DNA from: a virus
Strand: one strand, 5' to 3'
Virus record (IMG/VR): IMGVR_UViG_3300035703_004050
Coordinates: 8,164-72,163 of that record
Length of the DNA stretch: 64,000 nt
Shown here: piece by piece, positions 37,562 to 47,120 of the stretch
Numbering within the stretch: the first letter of the stretch is position 1
Layout of the letters: every line of letters starts with the position of its first letter
Position numbers and translations under genes: made by a program
The notes under the pieces: generated by a model
What the model was told of the DNA's origin: nothing
Seen by the model: the letters and a program-made list of their open reading frames with translations, nothing else
Databases searched by the model: none

Positions 37562-38568
37562 TGATTATTGGGTTATTTAGTGATTTTAATGCAGGCGGAC
37601 ACTTTTTAAATTGGAGCCTGCATTTCCTAGCAGGACATAATGAATATTTTCTTTCTAAAAAAAATAAATTTCTACCTTTAACTAGTAACCCTCTAACTAA
37701 AATTAATGCACATGAATTTGCATCTAATGTGGCAATCGATGCTAATGAATTTGATAATTTGTTTACAAATTTAACAAATCGCTCTACTGATACATTCCAT
37801 ACTTTTCATTTGCAAAGATTTAAGAGTTTTGAATTTCCGCCTTCGCTAATTTGCAATAATACAAAAAATGCAAGCAACACTATCTGTAAAGTAAGTCAAA
37901 AAAATATATTCTTGCAAATGCCAAACAAGTACGTACTTTATAGTGCTAAGTACGAAGGTCGAGTTTTACCTACTAAATTAAATTCATTAACTGAATATTA
38001 TAAAAATTATGATGAACAACATAATGATTTTATCGATACTTTTTTTAGTGAATCAAAAAAAGTATGGGAAGAATCAAATTTTAACAAATGGGATAAGCGA
38101 GAATTTCTAGCTCTAAATATTCGTCCATATGATTATTTTGATTTATTGCCAAATTTTGATCAAACTATAGATCATTATCATTTAAGTTTTACAGAAATAT
38201 GCAACTTCTTTGATTCAACGGTATACAAGCTATTTGACTATTTAGATATATCAATTAACAAAGATAGATATTTAGAATGGTTGCCAATATATAAACAATG
38301 GCAATCTATACATATAGATCGTTTATTGTTTGTTGAATACTTCGACACAATTGTTAATAGTGTTATTAATAATTATTGTTTAGATTTGTCTAGATTTAAC
38401 CTGGACATTATTAGAGAAGCAACTATCCAACATGAGTTAATATACAAGCATGGGTTAACAATTAAAGGATGGGGACTTGAAAAGTTTCCAAATAACGCAA
38501 AAGATTTACACAAGTTAATAGAACCAAATGTTTATCATAAAGTTGAAAACATCTACGGGTTGTTATAA
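37561..38568 (+). CDS. hypothetical AT-rich protein (possible sulfotransferase-like P-loop)
   Basis: AGGHFLNW near the N-terminus; very low GC. Confidence 0.5.
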   Translation: MIIGLFSDFNAGGHFLNWSLHFLAGHNEYFLSKKNKFLPLTSNPLTKINAHEFASNVAIDANEFDNLFTNLTNRSTDTFHTFHLQRFKSFEFPPSLICNNTKNASNTICKVSQKNIFLQMPNKYVLYSAKYEGRVLPTKLNSLTEYYKNYDEQHNDFIDTFFSESKKVWEESNFNKWDKREFLALNIRPYDYFDLLPNFDQTIDHYHLSFTEICNFFDSTVYKLFDYLDISINKDRYLEWLPIYKQWQSIHIDRLLFVEYFDTIVNSVINNYCLDLSRFNLDIIREATIQHELIYKHGLTIKGWGLEKFPNNAKDLHKLIEPNVYHKVENIYGLL

Positions 38569-38581
38569 TAAGTAGTAATCA

Positions 38582-38887
38582 ATGGAGGAAAAGATGAAAA
38601 AGATTCTAACAACTATTACCGCAATTGCTATTGCAACAACAATGGTAATTACACCGGCAAGTGCTGACAATAGTGAGGAAATCGCAATTGGTGTTGGTGC
38701 GTTCCTTGGTGGGTTAATTATTGGTGAAGCAGTTCGTTCACGCCCACGTTATGTTGAACGTGTATACGTTGACGAACCAGTGTATGTACGCGAATGCTAC
38801 ACAAGAATTGTACGCAGGTACGATCCACATTATGGTCGTTACGTAAAGACTAAGAAAAGAGTTTGTCAGCTAGTCCCAGCGTATTAA
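38582..38887 (+). CDS. exported/membrane protein
   Basis: Signal peptide, Gly-zipper-like IAIGVGAFLGGLIIG, Cys pair. Confidence 0.65.
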   Translation: MEEKMKKILTTITAIAIATTMVITPASADNSEEIAIGVGAFLGGLIIGEAVRSRPRYVERVYVDEPVYVRECYTRIVRRYDPHYGRYVKTKKRVCQLVPAY

Positions 38888-39369
38888 GCTTCATTAGTGC
38901 TTAAAGCACCAGTAAACTTAGCAAACACCGGTCCTTGAGTTGGGAGCGGTGTTTTTGCTGGCCAACGTATTGCCTTTAATCTATTTTTAGCAATGCGTGT
39001 AATTGTTACAGCATTGTTTTGATTTCCGCCCAATACATGTAATGCATCCTTATCCTCGCTAACATAAAAGCCAACGTGGCCGCCACCTGATCTAGTGAAA
39101 ACTAACAATGCTCCAGGACTTGCTTTTTGTATTGGTACTCCCCAGCTTGCCCAGTTTAAAGCACCTAAGCTGTTTTGTCCAACTGGCAATCCACTTACTC
39201 TAAAGCAGTGTGCTACAAAGAGTCCGCACCATGGTATCTCGTCTGCATTGTAAAACTTAGCGATCCATCCTCCAATACCTTTTGCCCAGTTTAGGATAAC
39301 TGGGTTATGTCTATTTCCAACTATTTCTCTTGTTCCTAGCAAACTTTTTGCGGTACTAAACCATTGCAT
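38884..39369 (-). CDS. TIGR02594-type NlpC/P60/CHAP peptidoglycan hydrolase
   Basis: DEIPWCGLFV, GGHVGF, LGGNQ; late-type AATAAATA on the minus strand at 39393-39400. Confidence 0.85.
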   Translation of the reverse strand: MQWFSTAKSLLGTREIVGNRHNPVILNWAKGIGGWIAKFYNADEIPWCGLFVAHCFRVSGLPVGQNSLGALNWASWGVPIQKASPGALLVFTRSGGGHVGFYVSEDKDALHVLGGNQNNAVTITRIAKNRLKAIRWPAKTPLPTQGPVFAKFTGALSTNEA

Positions 39370-39462
39370 GTAAATTTTCCCCTTTATACACGTATTTATT
39401 GTAGAACGCTAAGTGTTTGAATTCATTAAGGAATCTTTTTTGCATTTTTGGCGTCTTTTTGG

Positions 39463-39490
39463 TTGACGCGGACTGCTTTGGTGCTAATAT
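39463..39490 (+). promoter_or_regulatory. early sigma70-type promoter
   Basis: TTGACG-14-GCTAATAT. Confidence 0.7.
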
Positions 39491-39527
39491 GTACATATAG
39501 CAGTTAACAACAAACAGGAAAACACAC

Positions 39528-39692
39528 ATGACCAAGTCCGAAATGCTTGCACTTGCTGCCGCCGCTACTGTTGCTGTTACCATTGCCCCTGCTGTTTACG
39601 CCAAGGGTGTAAAGAAGCCCAAGCGTGTTACCAAAGCACACGCAAAGCGTGTAGACGCTATTGTTTCTCGCTACATTAAGCCCGCAGCCTAA
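39528..39692 (+). CDS. 54-aa basic early protein ending in -AA (not in the ORF track)
   Basis: CAGGA SD; MTKSEMLALAAAATVAVTIAPAVYAKGVKKPKRVTKAHAKRVDAIVSRYIKPAA*. Confidence 0.7.
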   Translation: MTKSEMLALAAAATVAVTIAPAVYAKGVKKPKRVTKAHAKRVDAIVSRYIKPAA

Positions 39693-39697
39693 AACGG

Positions 39698-39725
39698 TTG
39701 ACAAGCGCCAAAAGTGCGCTATACT
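39698..39725 (+). promoter_or_regulatory. early sigma70-type promoter
   Basis: TTGACA-16-TATACT. Confidence 0.7.
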
Positions 39726-39754
39726 GCACAAGTAACATAAAACGCGAGGGAAAA

Positions 39755-40141
39755 ATGCAGACCATAGTCCGAGAAGAAACTACCAATACTACCCGTAGCT
39801 GTAATCCTCTTGGCAGCTTGCTTGATGCGCGAGACAAGAGCGATCGTGCTTATTTGCTGCACCACAAAAAGTTTAACAGCCCTGCACATATTGATCGTGT
39901 TGTCGCAGTGTGCCAAATACTTGAAAACTTTTTTAACTGTAAGGTTACGTACCTTACTTATCGTGGGCTTGGCAAGTTTGCTAAAAAGCCGTTTGAAAAT
40001 ATTAAGATGGAGCAGGTCGGGCACATTTTGAGCCGTACCCCTGTTGCTCGTAAGAATGAAAACCTCTATGGTCCGTTGATGGCGCTTGGCAACGTTGAAG
40101 TTGTTAGCAAGAATGGTCATCTTATTGTGAGGGTTTACTAA
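39755..40141 (+). CDS. early hypothetical protein
   Basis: GAGG SD before ATG 39755. Confidence 0.65.
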   Translation: MQTIVREETTNTTRSCNPLGSLLDARDKSDRAYLLHHKKFNSPAHIDRVVAVCQILENFFNCKVTYLTYRGLGKFAKKPFENIKMEQVGHILSRTPVARKNENLYGPLMALGNVEVVSKNGHLIVRVY

Positions 40142-40275
40142 TGCGTCTTTCTTTCCTGCTTATTTTGGTTCTGTTGCAGTTTACCATGCTTCCGTTTATG
40201 AGTATGGTAGCGCACAATGAGCACCCTGAGTTTAGGGTATATGGTAACACCATCGTTTATAAGGACATGAATTAA
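40141..40275 (+). CDS. small hydrophobic protein (44 aa)
   Basis: TAATG coupling on both sides. Confidence 0.5.
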   Translation: MRLSFLLILVLLQFTMLPFMSMVAHNEHPEFRVYGNTIVYKDMN

Positions 40276-40454
40276 TGGAATGGGTTTTGGTAATTTACGT
40301 TTACGCTGGCATGTGGGCTAAGGGCGATTCAGTTGCGCTGACAAACGTGCCAGTTGCTACGCAGGAACTTTGTATTTCCGCAGGTGAGCGACTTAGCGGA
40401 CTTACAAGTGGATCAAGTAAAACTCTTCGTTATGAATGTATAAAGGTGCAGTAA
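40275..40454 (+). CDS. small protein (59 aa, two Cys)
   Basis: AAGGA SD; MEWVLVIYV...C...C. Confidence 0.6.
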   Translation: MEWVLVIYVYAGMWAKGDSVALTNVPVATQELCISAGERLSGLTSGSSKTLRYECIKVQ

Positions 40455-40676
40455 ATGGGATACCGTGTCCTCGGTAAGCGCGACGAAAAATGGCAGCCCC
40501 GTAAGGGACTGGAAGGTCCGTTTTTTTATGCTAACGGCAAAGTGCTGTATTATGATCCTAAGGCTGGTGAGTATTGGGATCCCACAACGGACTTTTACAT
40601 GAGCCGTGAAGAAATGGACATGCTACACCAAATGACGGTTGACATTCTAGCAAAAGAGCATATAGTAAGAGTATGA
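40455..40676 (+). CDS. conserved phage hypothetical protein
   Basis: GLEGPF...VLYYDPKAGEYWDPTTDFY. Confidence 0.7.
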   Translation: MGYRVLGKRDEKWQPRKGLEGPFFYANGKVLYYDPKAGEYWDPTTDFYMSREEMDMLHQMTVDILAKEHIVRV

Positions 40677-40822
40677 CAAAGCGCCGCAAGCCGTTTACAT
40701 ACAAGACCATCAAAAAGAAGGATGGTTCCCGAGAGGTAACTGAGACTAGCGAGTTTGAGGTTACCAAATATTATTATGATGCAAATGGCATTTTACGTTC
40801 AGTAATTACTGTAGAGGAATAA
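40673..40822 (+). CDS. small hypothetical protein (49 aa)
   Basis: ATGA coupling; fills the gap in the operon. Confidence 0.5.
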   Translation: MTKRRKPFTYKTIKKKDGSREVTETSEFEVTKYYYDANGILRSVITVEE

Positions 40823-40823
40823 A

Positions 40824-41012
40824 ATGAACAGTTGGTTAGACCGTGGTTTGTTTGCAATGACATGGGTAGGGTGTATATGGATTGCAGACGCAACCATCGG
40901 CACTGGTACAGGTCGCACAAGTTTTCTTGCACTAATGATTGGTGCAGCTAGCATTGCGCTAGTTGGACTAGTCATTCAAGCATTTTCTAATGGAGCAAAG
41001 CGAAATGGCTAA
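40824..41012 (+). CDS. small two-TM membrane protein
   Basis: GAGG SD; two hydrophobic segments. Confidence 0.55.
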   Translation: MNSWLDRGLFAMTWVGCIWIADATIGTGTGRTSFLALMIGAASIALVGLVIQAFSNGAKRNG

Positions 41013-41223
41013 ACCAAAATACACAGTTGAAATACCCACACAGGAAGAATTTGAAAATATGTTTGGGGATATGTCTGAGGAAAAGTTCGAGGCTCAGATT
41101 GAAGCACTCGAAAATGTTGAAACAATGGACGAGCTAATTGAGCTTCTCCAAAGTGTTGGCGTAGAACTTGTTGATGAACGTAGTTGGGAACGGGGACCAG
41201 GACCGCATGACACAATCCATTAA
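41005..41223 (+). CDS. acidic hypothetical protein
   Basis: GGAG SD; Glu-rich. Confidence 0.6.
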   Translation: MAKPKYTVEIPTQEEFENMFGDMSEEKFEAQIEALENVETMDELIELLQSVGVELVDERSWERGPGPHDTIH

Positions 41224-41620
41224 GGTAACTGAACGTGTGCGCCGTGCAAGTATCAATTGGGTACTTGCTATGCAGAAGGCATATGGACAGGAAGTTGGTA
41301 TGAAATGTTTTGACGTAATGCGTGAAACATTTGGTGAGGAACTGTGTGGTGCTGTGCTATTTGGTATCATGGAAGGTGTACGTGGTGATTCTATCACTAT
41401 CCGTACAACTACTAGCGACTTAACACGTAAGATTGAAGCAATTAAGGAAATCCGTCACATTAGCGGGTGGGGCCTTAAAGAAGCAAAGGATGCTGTTGAG
41501 GCCGCCTGTTTTAATGATGTAAGTGTGTCGCTATCATACGATATGCTTAAAGAAGAAAATAGTCACAAGCTTGACAATTCAATCCGCGTACTTGAGCAAG
41601 TTGGAGTTACAGTATTCTAA
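41207..41620 (+). CDS. protein with ribosomal bL12 (L7/L12) C-terminal-like domain
   Basis: KIEAIKEIRHISGWGLKEAKDAVE. Confidence 0.8.
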   Translation: MTQSIKVTERVRRASINWVLAMQKAYGQEVGMKCFDVMRETFGEELCGAVLFGIMEGVRGDSITIRTTTSDLTRKIEAIKEIRHISGWGLKEAKDAVEAACFNDVSVSLSYDMLKEENSHKLDNSIRVLEQVGVTVF

Positions 41621-41958
41621 TGTCTGGTAGTAATATCTTTATTGTATCATGGGACATGACTGGACTTGAGTGTATCATTGACGCACACGAACTTCAAGGT
41701 GAAGATGTCATGCGAGCTCTGCGAGGTGATAAAGGCAGCAAGCTTGGACAAACATTGTTTTACTTGACAATGCGAGCTCGTGCTAATACCCATCGCCACT
41801 ATGAGATTTATACTATCCATACTACACCAGAGATTACTAAAGAGACACTAGCAGAACTGTTTAACGAAAATCCGCAAGCTGGTGCTGATTTAATTCGTAA
41901 ACATGGGTCTAAGATTTACAGTGACCGTTCGACAACTAAAACGCAGGTAATTACATGA
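41620..41958 (+). CDS. hypothetical protein
   Basis: WDMTGLE, RARAN.HRHYEIY motifs. Confidence 0.65.
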   Translation: MSGSNIFIVSWDMTGLECIIDAHELQGEDVMRALRGDKGSKLGQTLFYLTMRARANTHRHYEIYTIHTTPEITKETLAELFNENPQAGADLIRKHGSKIYSDRSTTKTQVIT

Positions 41959-42671
41959 GGATCATTGGAGGGCATGATTATTACGACAGCGCACTTGCAT
42001 ATGGTCGTGATGATGACATTTTGTTTGTGCGCGATACTCGTCAGTTTATGCACAAGGACACACCACTTGACTGGCCTGGTGTAGACGTTTTTGCTCACAC
42101 CCGCTATGCTCCAAATTTTGCTCATGTAGTTGATAAAAATTATAGGTATACACGATCACTTGTGCTTTACATTTGCGGTGTGCGTTATTTTGGTGTAGAA
42201 ATTTATGAGTCGTTTGGTGACTTCAAGGAAGTCATTTGGTCATACGACAAGCTAGTTGAGTATGCAACCAAACATAAGTTGAAGATTATTGACAACTCGA
42301 AGTGGAGTTGGCGTCCAGAACCTTCGCTTGAGCAACGTTGGAACATGAAAACAACCAAGGAGCAACTGGATTGGCTTATTGAAAATCGTGTTGCGCTTGC
42401 TGTTGGTGGATATGAGAACAACGAATTCCGTGATCCAAAAGATCGTATGGTTTGGTATTGTAACGATGCCAAAACGCATTCCCTGCGTTCGCTACAGTTC
42501 CAAAAGGTAATGGATCCGTTTACACTGTTTCAGGAGTTAAGCATGTTTGTTGGTAACCTTCCAAAGGATGGTCCACCAATGGTTCAAATTACTGATCCAG
42601 ATATTAAGATTGCAAAGCACGGATTTGATAAGTGGTCTTTCCGTCGTCATAAGGATGACGCAAAGAAATGA
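41955..42671 (+). CDS. hypothetical protein
   Basis: MRIIGGHDYYD start, KHGFDKWSFR end. Confidence 0.65.
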   Translation: MRIIGGHDYYDSALAYGRDDDILFVRDTRQFMHKDTPLDWPGVDVFAHTRYAPNFAHVVDKNYRYTRSLVLYICGVRYFGVEIYESFGDFKEVIWSYDKLVEYATKHKLKIIDNSKWSWRPEPSLEQRWNMKTTKEQLDWLIENRVALAVGGYENNEFRDPKDRMVWYCNDAKTHSLRSLQFQKVMDPFTLFQELSMFVGNLPKDGPPMVQITDPDIKIAKHGFDKWSFRRHKDDAKK

Positions 42672-42895
42672 TTGCTGATCGTGCAGAAGTTTTAGACTTA
42701 CCAGCATCAGAAGTTCTCCGTAAATTAAGTTACGGGGAACTTTTTCACGTATATGATTTAGGAGATTGGCTACGTCCTTTTTATTATGATCCAAAAAGTG
42801 CCAAATGGTACTTTGACAGAGATGATGTTTTCAGCTATATTGAACTAATAAACGCACTCAACAAAACATATAGGGCAACTAGAGCAAATGGATAA
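42668..42895 (+). CDS. hypothetical protein
   Basis: Coupled ORF. Confidence 0.5.
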   Translation: MIADRAEVLDLPASEVLRKLSYGELFHVYDLGDWLRPFYYDPKSAKWYFDRDDVFSYIELINALNKTYRATRANG

Positions 42896-43055
42896 AGTTG
42901 AACACATAGCACGTTCGTTATGTATTGCTGATGGTGTCGATCCAAACGGTTACACTCGTCTTGGATTTATGGGATTATTTGGTCCAACTGTAGTAAATTG
43001 GACTGGTTATATACGTCAGGCAATTGCTGCAATTGAAGCTATGGAGAAAAATTAA
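42888..43055 (+). CDS. small hypothetical protein (55 aa)
   Basis: MDKVEHIARSLCIADGVDP...; TAATG coupling to ligase. Confidence 0.55.
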   Translation: MDKVEHIARSLCIADGVDPNGYTRLGFMGLFGPTVVNWTGYIRQAIAAIEAMEKN

Positions 43056-44386
43056 TGACGCCGTGGGAAATTATTAAACAACTCGAATCAACTAACAGTC
43101 GTTTGGACAAGGAGCGCATTCTACAGAGTGTGCTGCTTACCATGCCTGAGGATAAGCAATTTTGGGAAGGTTGCAGGCTTGCATTTGACAGTCTAATTAC
43201 GTTTGGTATCAAACAAGTACCAATTAAAGAAGATGATAGTGGCAATGGTCTTGACTACGATAATTTTTCTCTCGCAATTACAGGTCTAGTTAATCGTTCC
43301 TTTACAGGCAATGCTGCTCGCGATCTTGTAGACCGTATGATGGCAAACGCAACACAAGACCAGTGGAACCATTGGTATCGCCGTATCCTCATTAAGGACC
43401 TGCGTTGCGGAGTGACCGAGACTACTATTAACAAGGTTCGCCCTAACACAGTGCCAGTATTCTCATGTCAGCTTGCTAAGGATGCTGCTGACCATGAAAA
43501 GAAGATGGGCGGCAAAAAGATTCTCGATTATAAGCTAGATGGTGTGCGTGTGCTTGCTGTTATTCAGCGAGTTGATACTGGTACTCTTACCTCTATGCTT
43601 ATGCCAAAGGTAACGCTACACAGCCGCAATGGTAAGGTGTTTGAAAACTTCAAGCACATCGAAAACGAAATTGCTATGGCGTTTAAGGATTTGGATGAAG
43701 ATTGGGTGCTTGATGGCGAAGTAACTAGCCGTACGTTCCAATCACTAATGACGCAGGTACATCGTAAGAAGGATGCTGATGCAAGCGATGCAGTGTTCAA
43801 TGTATTTGATGCAATCCCACTTAATGATTTTCTAAAAGGCAAGTATAAGAAAACGCAACATGAGCGTAGCAAACACCTTGTTGGTTTAGTTTATAGTTTT
43901 TTTGCTAATAGTAAGGTAGTTAAACGCCTTGATTACGTTGTTGCAGATCTTAACACAGATGAAGGCAAACAACAACTCGAGGACATGCGCGATTTAGCTG
44001 CAAAGATGGGACTCGAAGGTGTAATGGTAAAGGACGCTAATGCACCATATGAGTGCAAGCGCACAGATGCTTGGCTTAAGATTAAGCCAAACATTACAGT
44101 TGACCTCACAGTTGTAAATATTGAAGAAGGTACTGGACGCAATGAAGGTCGTCTTGGTGCCCTCGTCTGTAAGGGAGTAGACAATGGAAGAAGCATCTGC
44201 GTTAATGTGGGGTCTGGGTTTTCTGATGGGGATCGCGATGTTTTTTGGAATAATCGTAGCTCTGTTGTGGGACAAACCGTAGAAGTAAAAGCTGACGCAG
44301 TTACACAAAATCAAGATGGTAGCTATTCACTACGCTTCCCTCGCTTTTTGCGCTTCCGTGGATTTGAAGCTGGAGAGAAGCTGTGA
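43055..44386 (+). CDS. ATP-dependent DNA ligase
   Basis: KLDGVR, SRNGK, LDGEV, EGVMVK, WLKIK, SLRFPRF. Confidence 0.95.
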   Translation: MTPWEIIKQLESTNSRLDKERILQSVLLTMPEDKQFWEGCRLAFDSLITFGIKQVPIKEDDSGNGLDYDNFSLAITGLVNRSFTGNAARDLVDRMMANATQDQWNHWYRRILIKDLRCGVTETTINKVRPNTVPVFSCQLAKDAADHEKKMGGKKILDYKLDGVRVLAVIQRVDTGTLTSMLMPKVTLHSRNGKVFENFKHIENEIAMAFKDLDEDWVLDGEVTSRTFQSLMTQVHRKKDADASDAVFNVFDAIPLNDFLKGKYKKTQHERSKHLVGLVYSFFANSKVVKRLDYVVADLNTDEGKQQLEDMRDLAAKMGLEGVMVKDANAPYECKRTDAWLKIKPNITVDLTVVNIEEGTGRNEGRLGALVCKGVDNGRSICVNVGSGFSDGDRDVFWNNRSSVVGQTVEVKADAVTQNQDGSYSLRFPRFLRFRGFEAGEKL

Positions 44387-44622
44387 GCCGTAGATACGAT
44401 CTTTTCGAATACAAGCGAACTTTTTATTACGAGAAGAATGGCAATTGGTTTGTCAAACATGGAATAACTTACGACCTTAGAACTACCGCACAAGCTGATA
44501 TGGTAGTAGTAATTGAAGAAGACGGGTATGGACGCATAATTAAAGATCGTAGCTACGATACTAAAACATTAATTGATCCAGATGAAATGACTATGATTGT
44601 ATTAAAAGCAGAACCAATATGA
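44383..44622 (+). CDS. short paralog family member 1
   Basis: AD.VV...GYGRIIKDR...EMTMIVLKAE. Confidence 0.65.
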   Translation: MSRRYDLFEYKRTFYYEKNGNWFVKHGITYDLRTTAQADMVVVIEEDGYGRIIKDRSYDTKTLIDPDEMTMIVLKAEPI

Positions 44623-44855
44623 AACTGGTTACTTATTTCTTTGTAATGGAAGATAAAATCTACCGTCGAACTTTTGATGGTAATGCTCCTTGGTTTGAAA
44701 GAATGTCGGATCTTCATTATAAAGCAGATCAAATTATCGAGATAACTTATACTGGTAGGGGGAAAGTAATTCGAGATAAACTTACCGTGCCAGAAAAGAA
44801 ATACTTTACTAAAAAAGAAATTGTTATGCTATCCTTACAAGCAGAGACAGTATAA
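44619..44855 (+). CDS. short paralog family member 2
   Basis: ADQII...GRGKVIRDK...EIVMLSLQAE. Confidence 0.65.
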   Translation: MKLVTYFFVMEDKIYRRTFDGNAPWFERMSDLHYKADQIIEITYTGRGKVIRDKLTVPEKKYFTKKEIVMLSLQAETV

Positions 44856-45094
44856 TGGAAACTTACTTTTTAATCTATCATACAGGTAAAGTTTATCGTA
44901 AAGATATTAACGTTATCTCATCAGCTTCAATATGGCAACAATTATCAATGAAACTTGCAGCTGGTTCTGATTTGATTATTAAGTTAACAGAAAATGGTGA
45001 GGGATATTCTATAAAGAACAGGTATAAAGAAAACCCACAAATCTTTTCAAAAGACGACATGATTATGTTATCGTTACAAGCGGAGAATGTTTGA
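44855..45094 (+). CDS. short paralog family member 3
   Basis: SDLII...GEGYSIKNR...DMIMLSLQAE. Confidence 0.65.
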   Translation: METYFLIYHTGKVYRKDINVISSASIWQQLSMKLAAGSDLIIKLTENGEGYSIKNRYKENPQIFSKDDMIMLSLQAENV

Positions 45095-45390
45095 TGCATA
45101 CTTGCTATTATCACCAAGGTGAATCGTGGTATGTAATGGAACGTGATGATACACAAAAGCTTCTACTAGCAGACGTGGTTATTAAGTTAACTACAAATGG
45201 TAACGGAATCTTTGTCAAAGGGTTTCGTTCAGATTTAGAAGACGAACTAAAACTGCGAAAATACATGCCAATTGATTGCATGGCAAAAGAAGAAATGGTA
45301 CTCATAGCTTTGCGGGCTATACCTAAACCTGGTATTTTTATCCGTGAGCCAAGATTTGCACAACACCAAATATGGAGAAGTAAATGGTAA
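45091..45390 (+). CDS. short paralog family member 4
   Basis: ADVVI...GNGIFVK...EMVLIALRA. Confidence 0.6.
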   Translation: MMHTCYYHQGESWYVMERDDTQKLLLADVVIKLTTNGNGIFVKGFRSDLEDELKLRKYMPIDCMAKEEMVLIALRAIPKPGIFIREPRFAQHQIWRSKW

Positions 45391-45662
45391 ACGTAGTATT
45401 AAGAAAAACAGGAAAAAAAGATCCTTATAAAGAATTTGCACTGATGGTGCGTGATTATAATGGTATCGAAGTTGATTGGGAAACACTGTGCTACATGGAT
45501 TATTTCAGCGCAAGTCGACTTAACGGGGAAGAGATTAGTTGGTGGGATGGTGATGAAGAAATGAAAGAACCAGCGAGGGCATTACGTTTGGAACACCCAA
45601 GCTTACGTGAAGCATGGGAAAACTATCTAGTTCAAAAAGAATTGTTCACAAAACGTAAATAA
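45384..45662 (+). CDS. hypothetical protein
   Basis: HPSLREAWENY motif. Confidence 0.55.
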   Translation: MVNVVLRKTGKKDPYKEFALMVRDYNGIEVDWETLCYMDYFSASRLNGEEISWWDGDEEMKEPARALRLEHPSLREAWENYLVQKELFTKRK

Positions 45663-45666
45663 CAGT

Positions 45667-46083
45667 ATGGAATTTACTGTTTTTAGTGCTTTAGTAGAAG
45701 CAATACAAAAAATATTAGGTATTGCAGAAACACTTAGTCAAGCCGAGGAGCGACGTAGAGAACGTGTCGCTGCTTGGCTTAATCATTTAAGTGAAGTGAT
45801 TGGGGACATAGCAGATAAGATTGAGCTAGGACAATATCCACATGAAATGTGTGCTCAAATGGAAATAATGGTAATGCATTTTCCAAAGCTTGTTGATGAC
45901 TTAATTGAAAAAGAACTATTAGATTCTTTAATGGATTCGTTAGTTGCATCCACTAAAATTGAACAATTGTTTGGTGAGTTACACGAATTAGGCAAGCAAG
46001 AAAAAGATGAAAAACTCATAATACTACTAAATGCTAGTGGAAAGCTTGCAGGACTAGCTACCATAATAAAGCATATGGATTAA
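45667..46083 (+). CDS. hypothetical helical protein
   Basis: 138-aa ORF. Confidence 0.6.
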   Translation: MEFTVFSALVEAIQKILGIAETLSQAEERRRERVAAWLNHLSEVIGDIADKIELGQYPHEMCAQMEIMVMHFPKLVDDLIEKELLDSLMDSLVASTKIEQLFGELHELGKQEKDEKLIILLNASGKLAGLATIIKHMD

Positions 46084-46121
46084 TATTGCTTTAATTCAGC
46101 AACTGTAATAATAAATATTCC

Positions 46122-47120
46122 ATGCGTTTCTTTAACTTTTTCACATTAGCAGTTGCTATAATCATTTCTATCTGTGCTGCTTATTACAGCATTATAGGTT
46201 TAACTGCCATATTCGCTGCTGCGTTTTGGCCTATTATCATTATGGGTAGCGTGTTAGAGCTAGGAAAGTTAACAGGCGCAGTTTGGTTACACTTAAATTG
46301 GAAACATGCACATTGGTGGATCAAAGTATACATGGTCCCAGCAGTGGCAGTTCTCATGCTTATTACTAGCATGGGTATTTTTGGTTTCTTAAGCAAAGCC
46401 CATATTGAACAAACTGCTGGTAAGTTTGACGTAGCAACTCAAGTAGAACAACTTAATCTTGATGTTTCTGTACAACAGCAAACAATTGATAATAACAAAA
46501 AGTTAATCGCACAATTAGACGCCGCAGTAGATAGTTTGATTGGCGCTGCCACTACACAAGGTCAAGAAAAGCGCCAGCAAAATTCAAGAGAAGCACGTCG
46601 TGCTGCTCAAGAAGCAACTAAGTTACGTACATCACAAGAACCAGAACGTGCTAAGTTACAGGCTGAAATTGTAGCTGCATCAAACAAAATTGCTGAAATA
46701 AACAAAGCTAAGTTAGTATTAGAACAAGAAGTTAAAAAACTCGAAGTAGAAGTTGGTCCAATCAAGTATGTTGCAGAATTAATTTATGGTAACAACCCTG
46801 GGGTAGACACACTTGAAAAAGCAGTCCGTTGGATGATAATTATACTTGTGGTGGTATTTGATCCACTCGCGGTAGTGCTGATTCTTGCAGCAACCAGTGG
46901 ACTACAAACTCCTGTATCATTCTCTGCTATCCCTGCTGTAATGCCTGCTCGTAAAAAAGAAGAAGAAATACCTAACGATTCTGAGGAAGAACCAAAAAAA
47001 AACTTAACGGAAATTCAAATTCAAGAAGTATTGTTGCCAGAGTCCTCGTTAGAACCATCCGTGTCCCCCAAGAAATCATCCGCTACAAAACGCGCACCAA
47101 GAAAGTCGAAGTCCCAGTAG
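46122..47120 (+). CDS. membrane protein with 3 N-terminal TMs, coiled coil and a further TM (0-frame product)
   Basis: AATAAATA promoter; hydrophobic segments; FDPLAV. Confidence 0.75.
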   Translation: MRFFNFFTLAVAIIISICAAYYSIIGLTAIFAAAFWPIIIMGSVLELGKLTGAVWLHLNWKHAHWWIKVYMVPAVAVLMLITSMGIFGFLSKAHIEQTAGKFDVATQVEQLNLDVSVQQQTIDNNKKLIAQLDAAVDSLIGAATTQGQEKRQQNSREARRAAQEATKLRTSQEPERAKLQAEIVAASNKIAEINKAKLVLEQEVKKLEVEVGPIKYVAELIYGNNPGVDTLEKAVRWMIIILVVVFDPLAVVLILAATSGLQTPVSFSAIPAVMPARKKEEEIPNDSEEEPKKNLTEIQIQEVLLPESSLEPSVSPKKSSATKRAPRKSKSQ

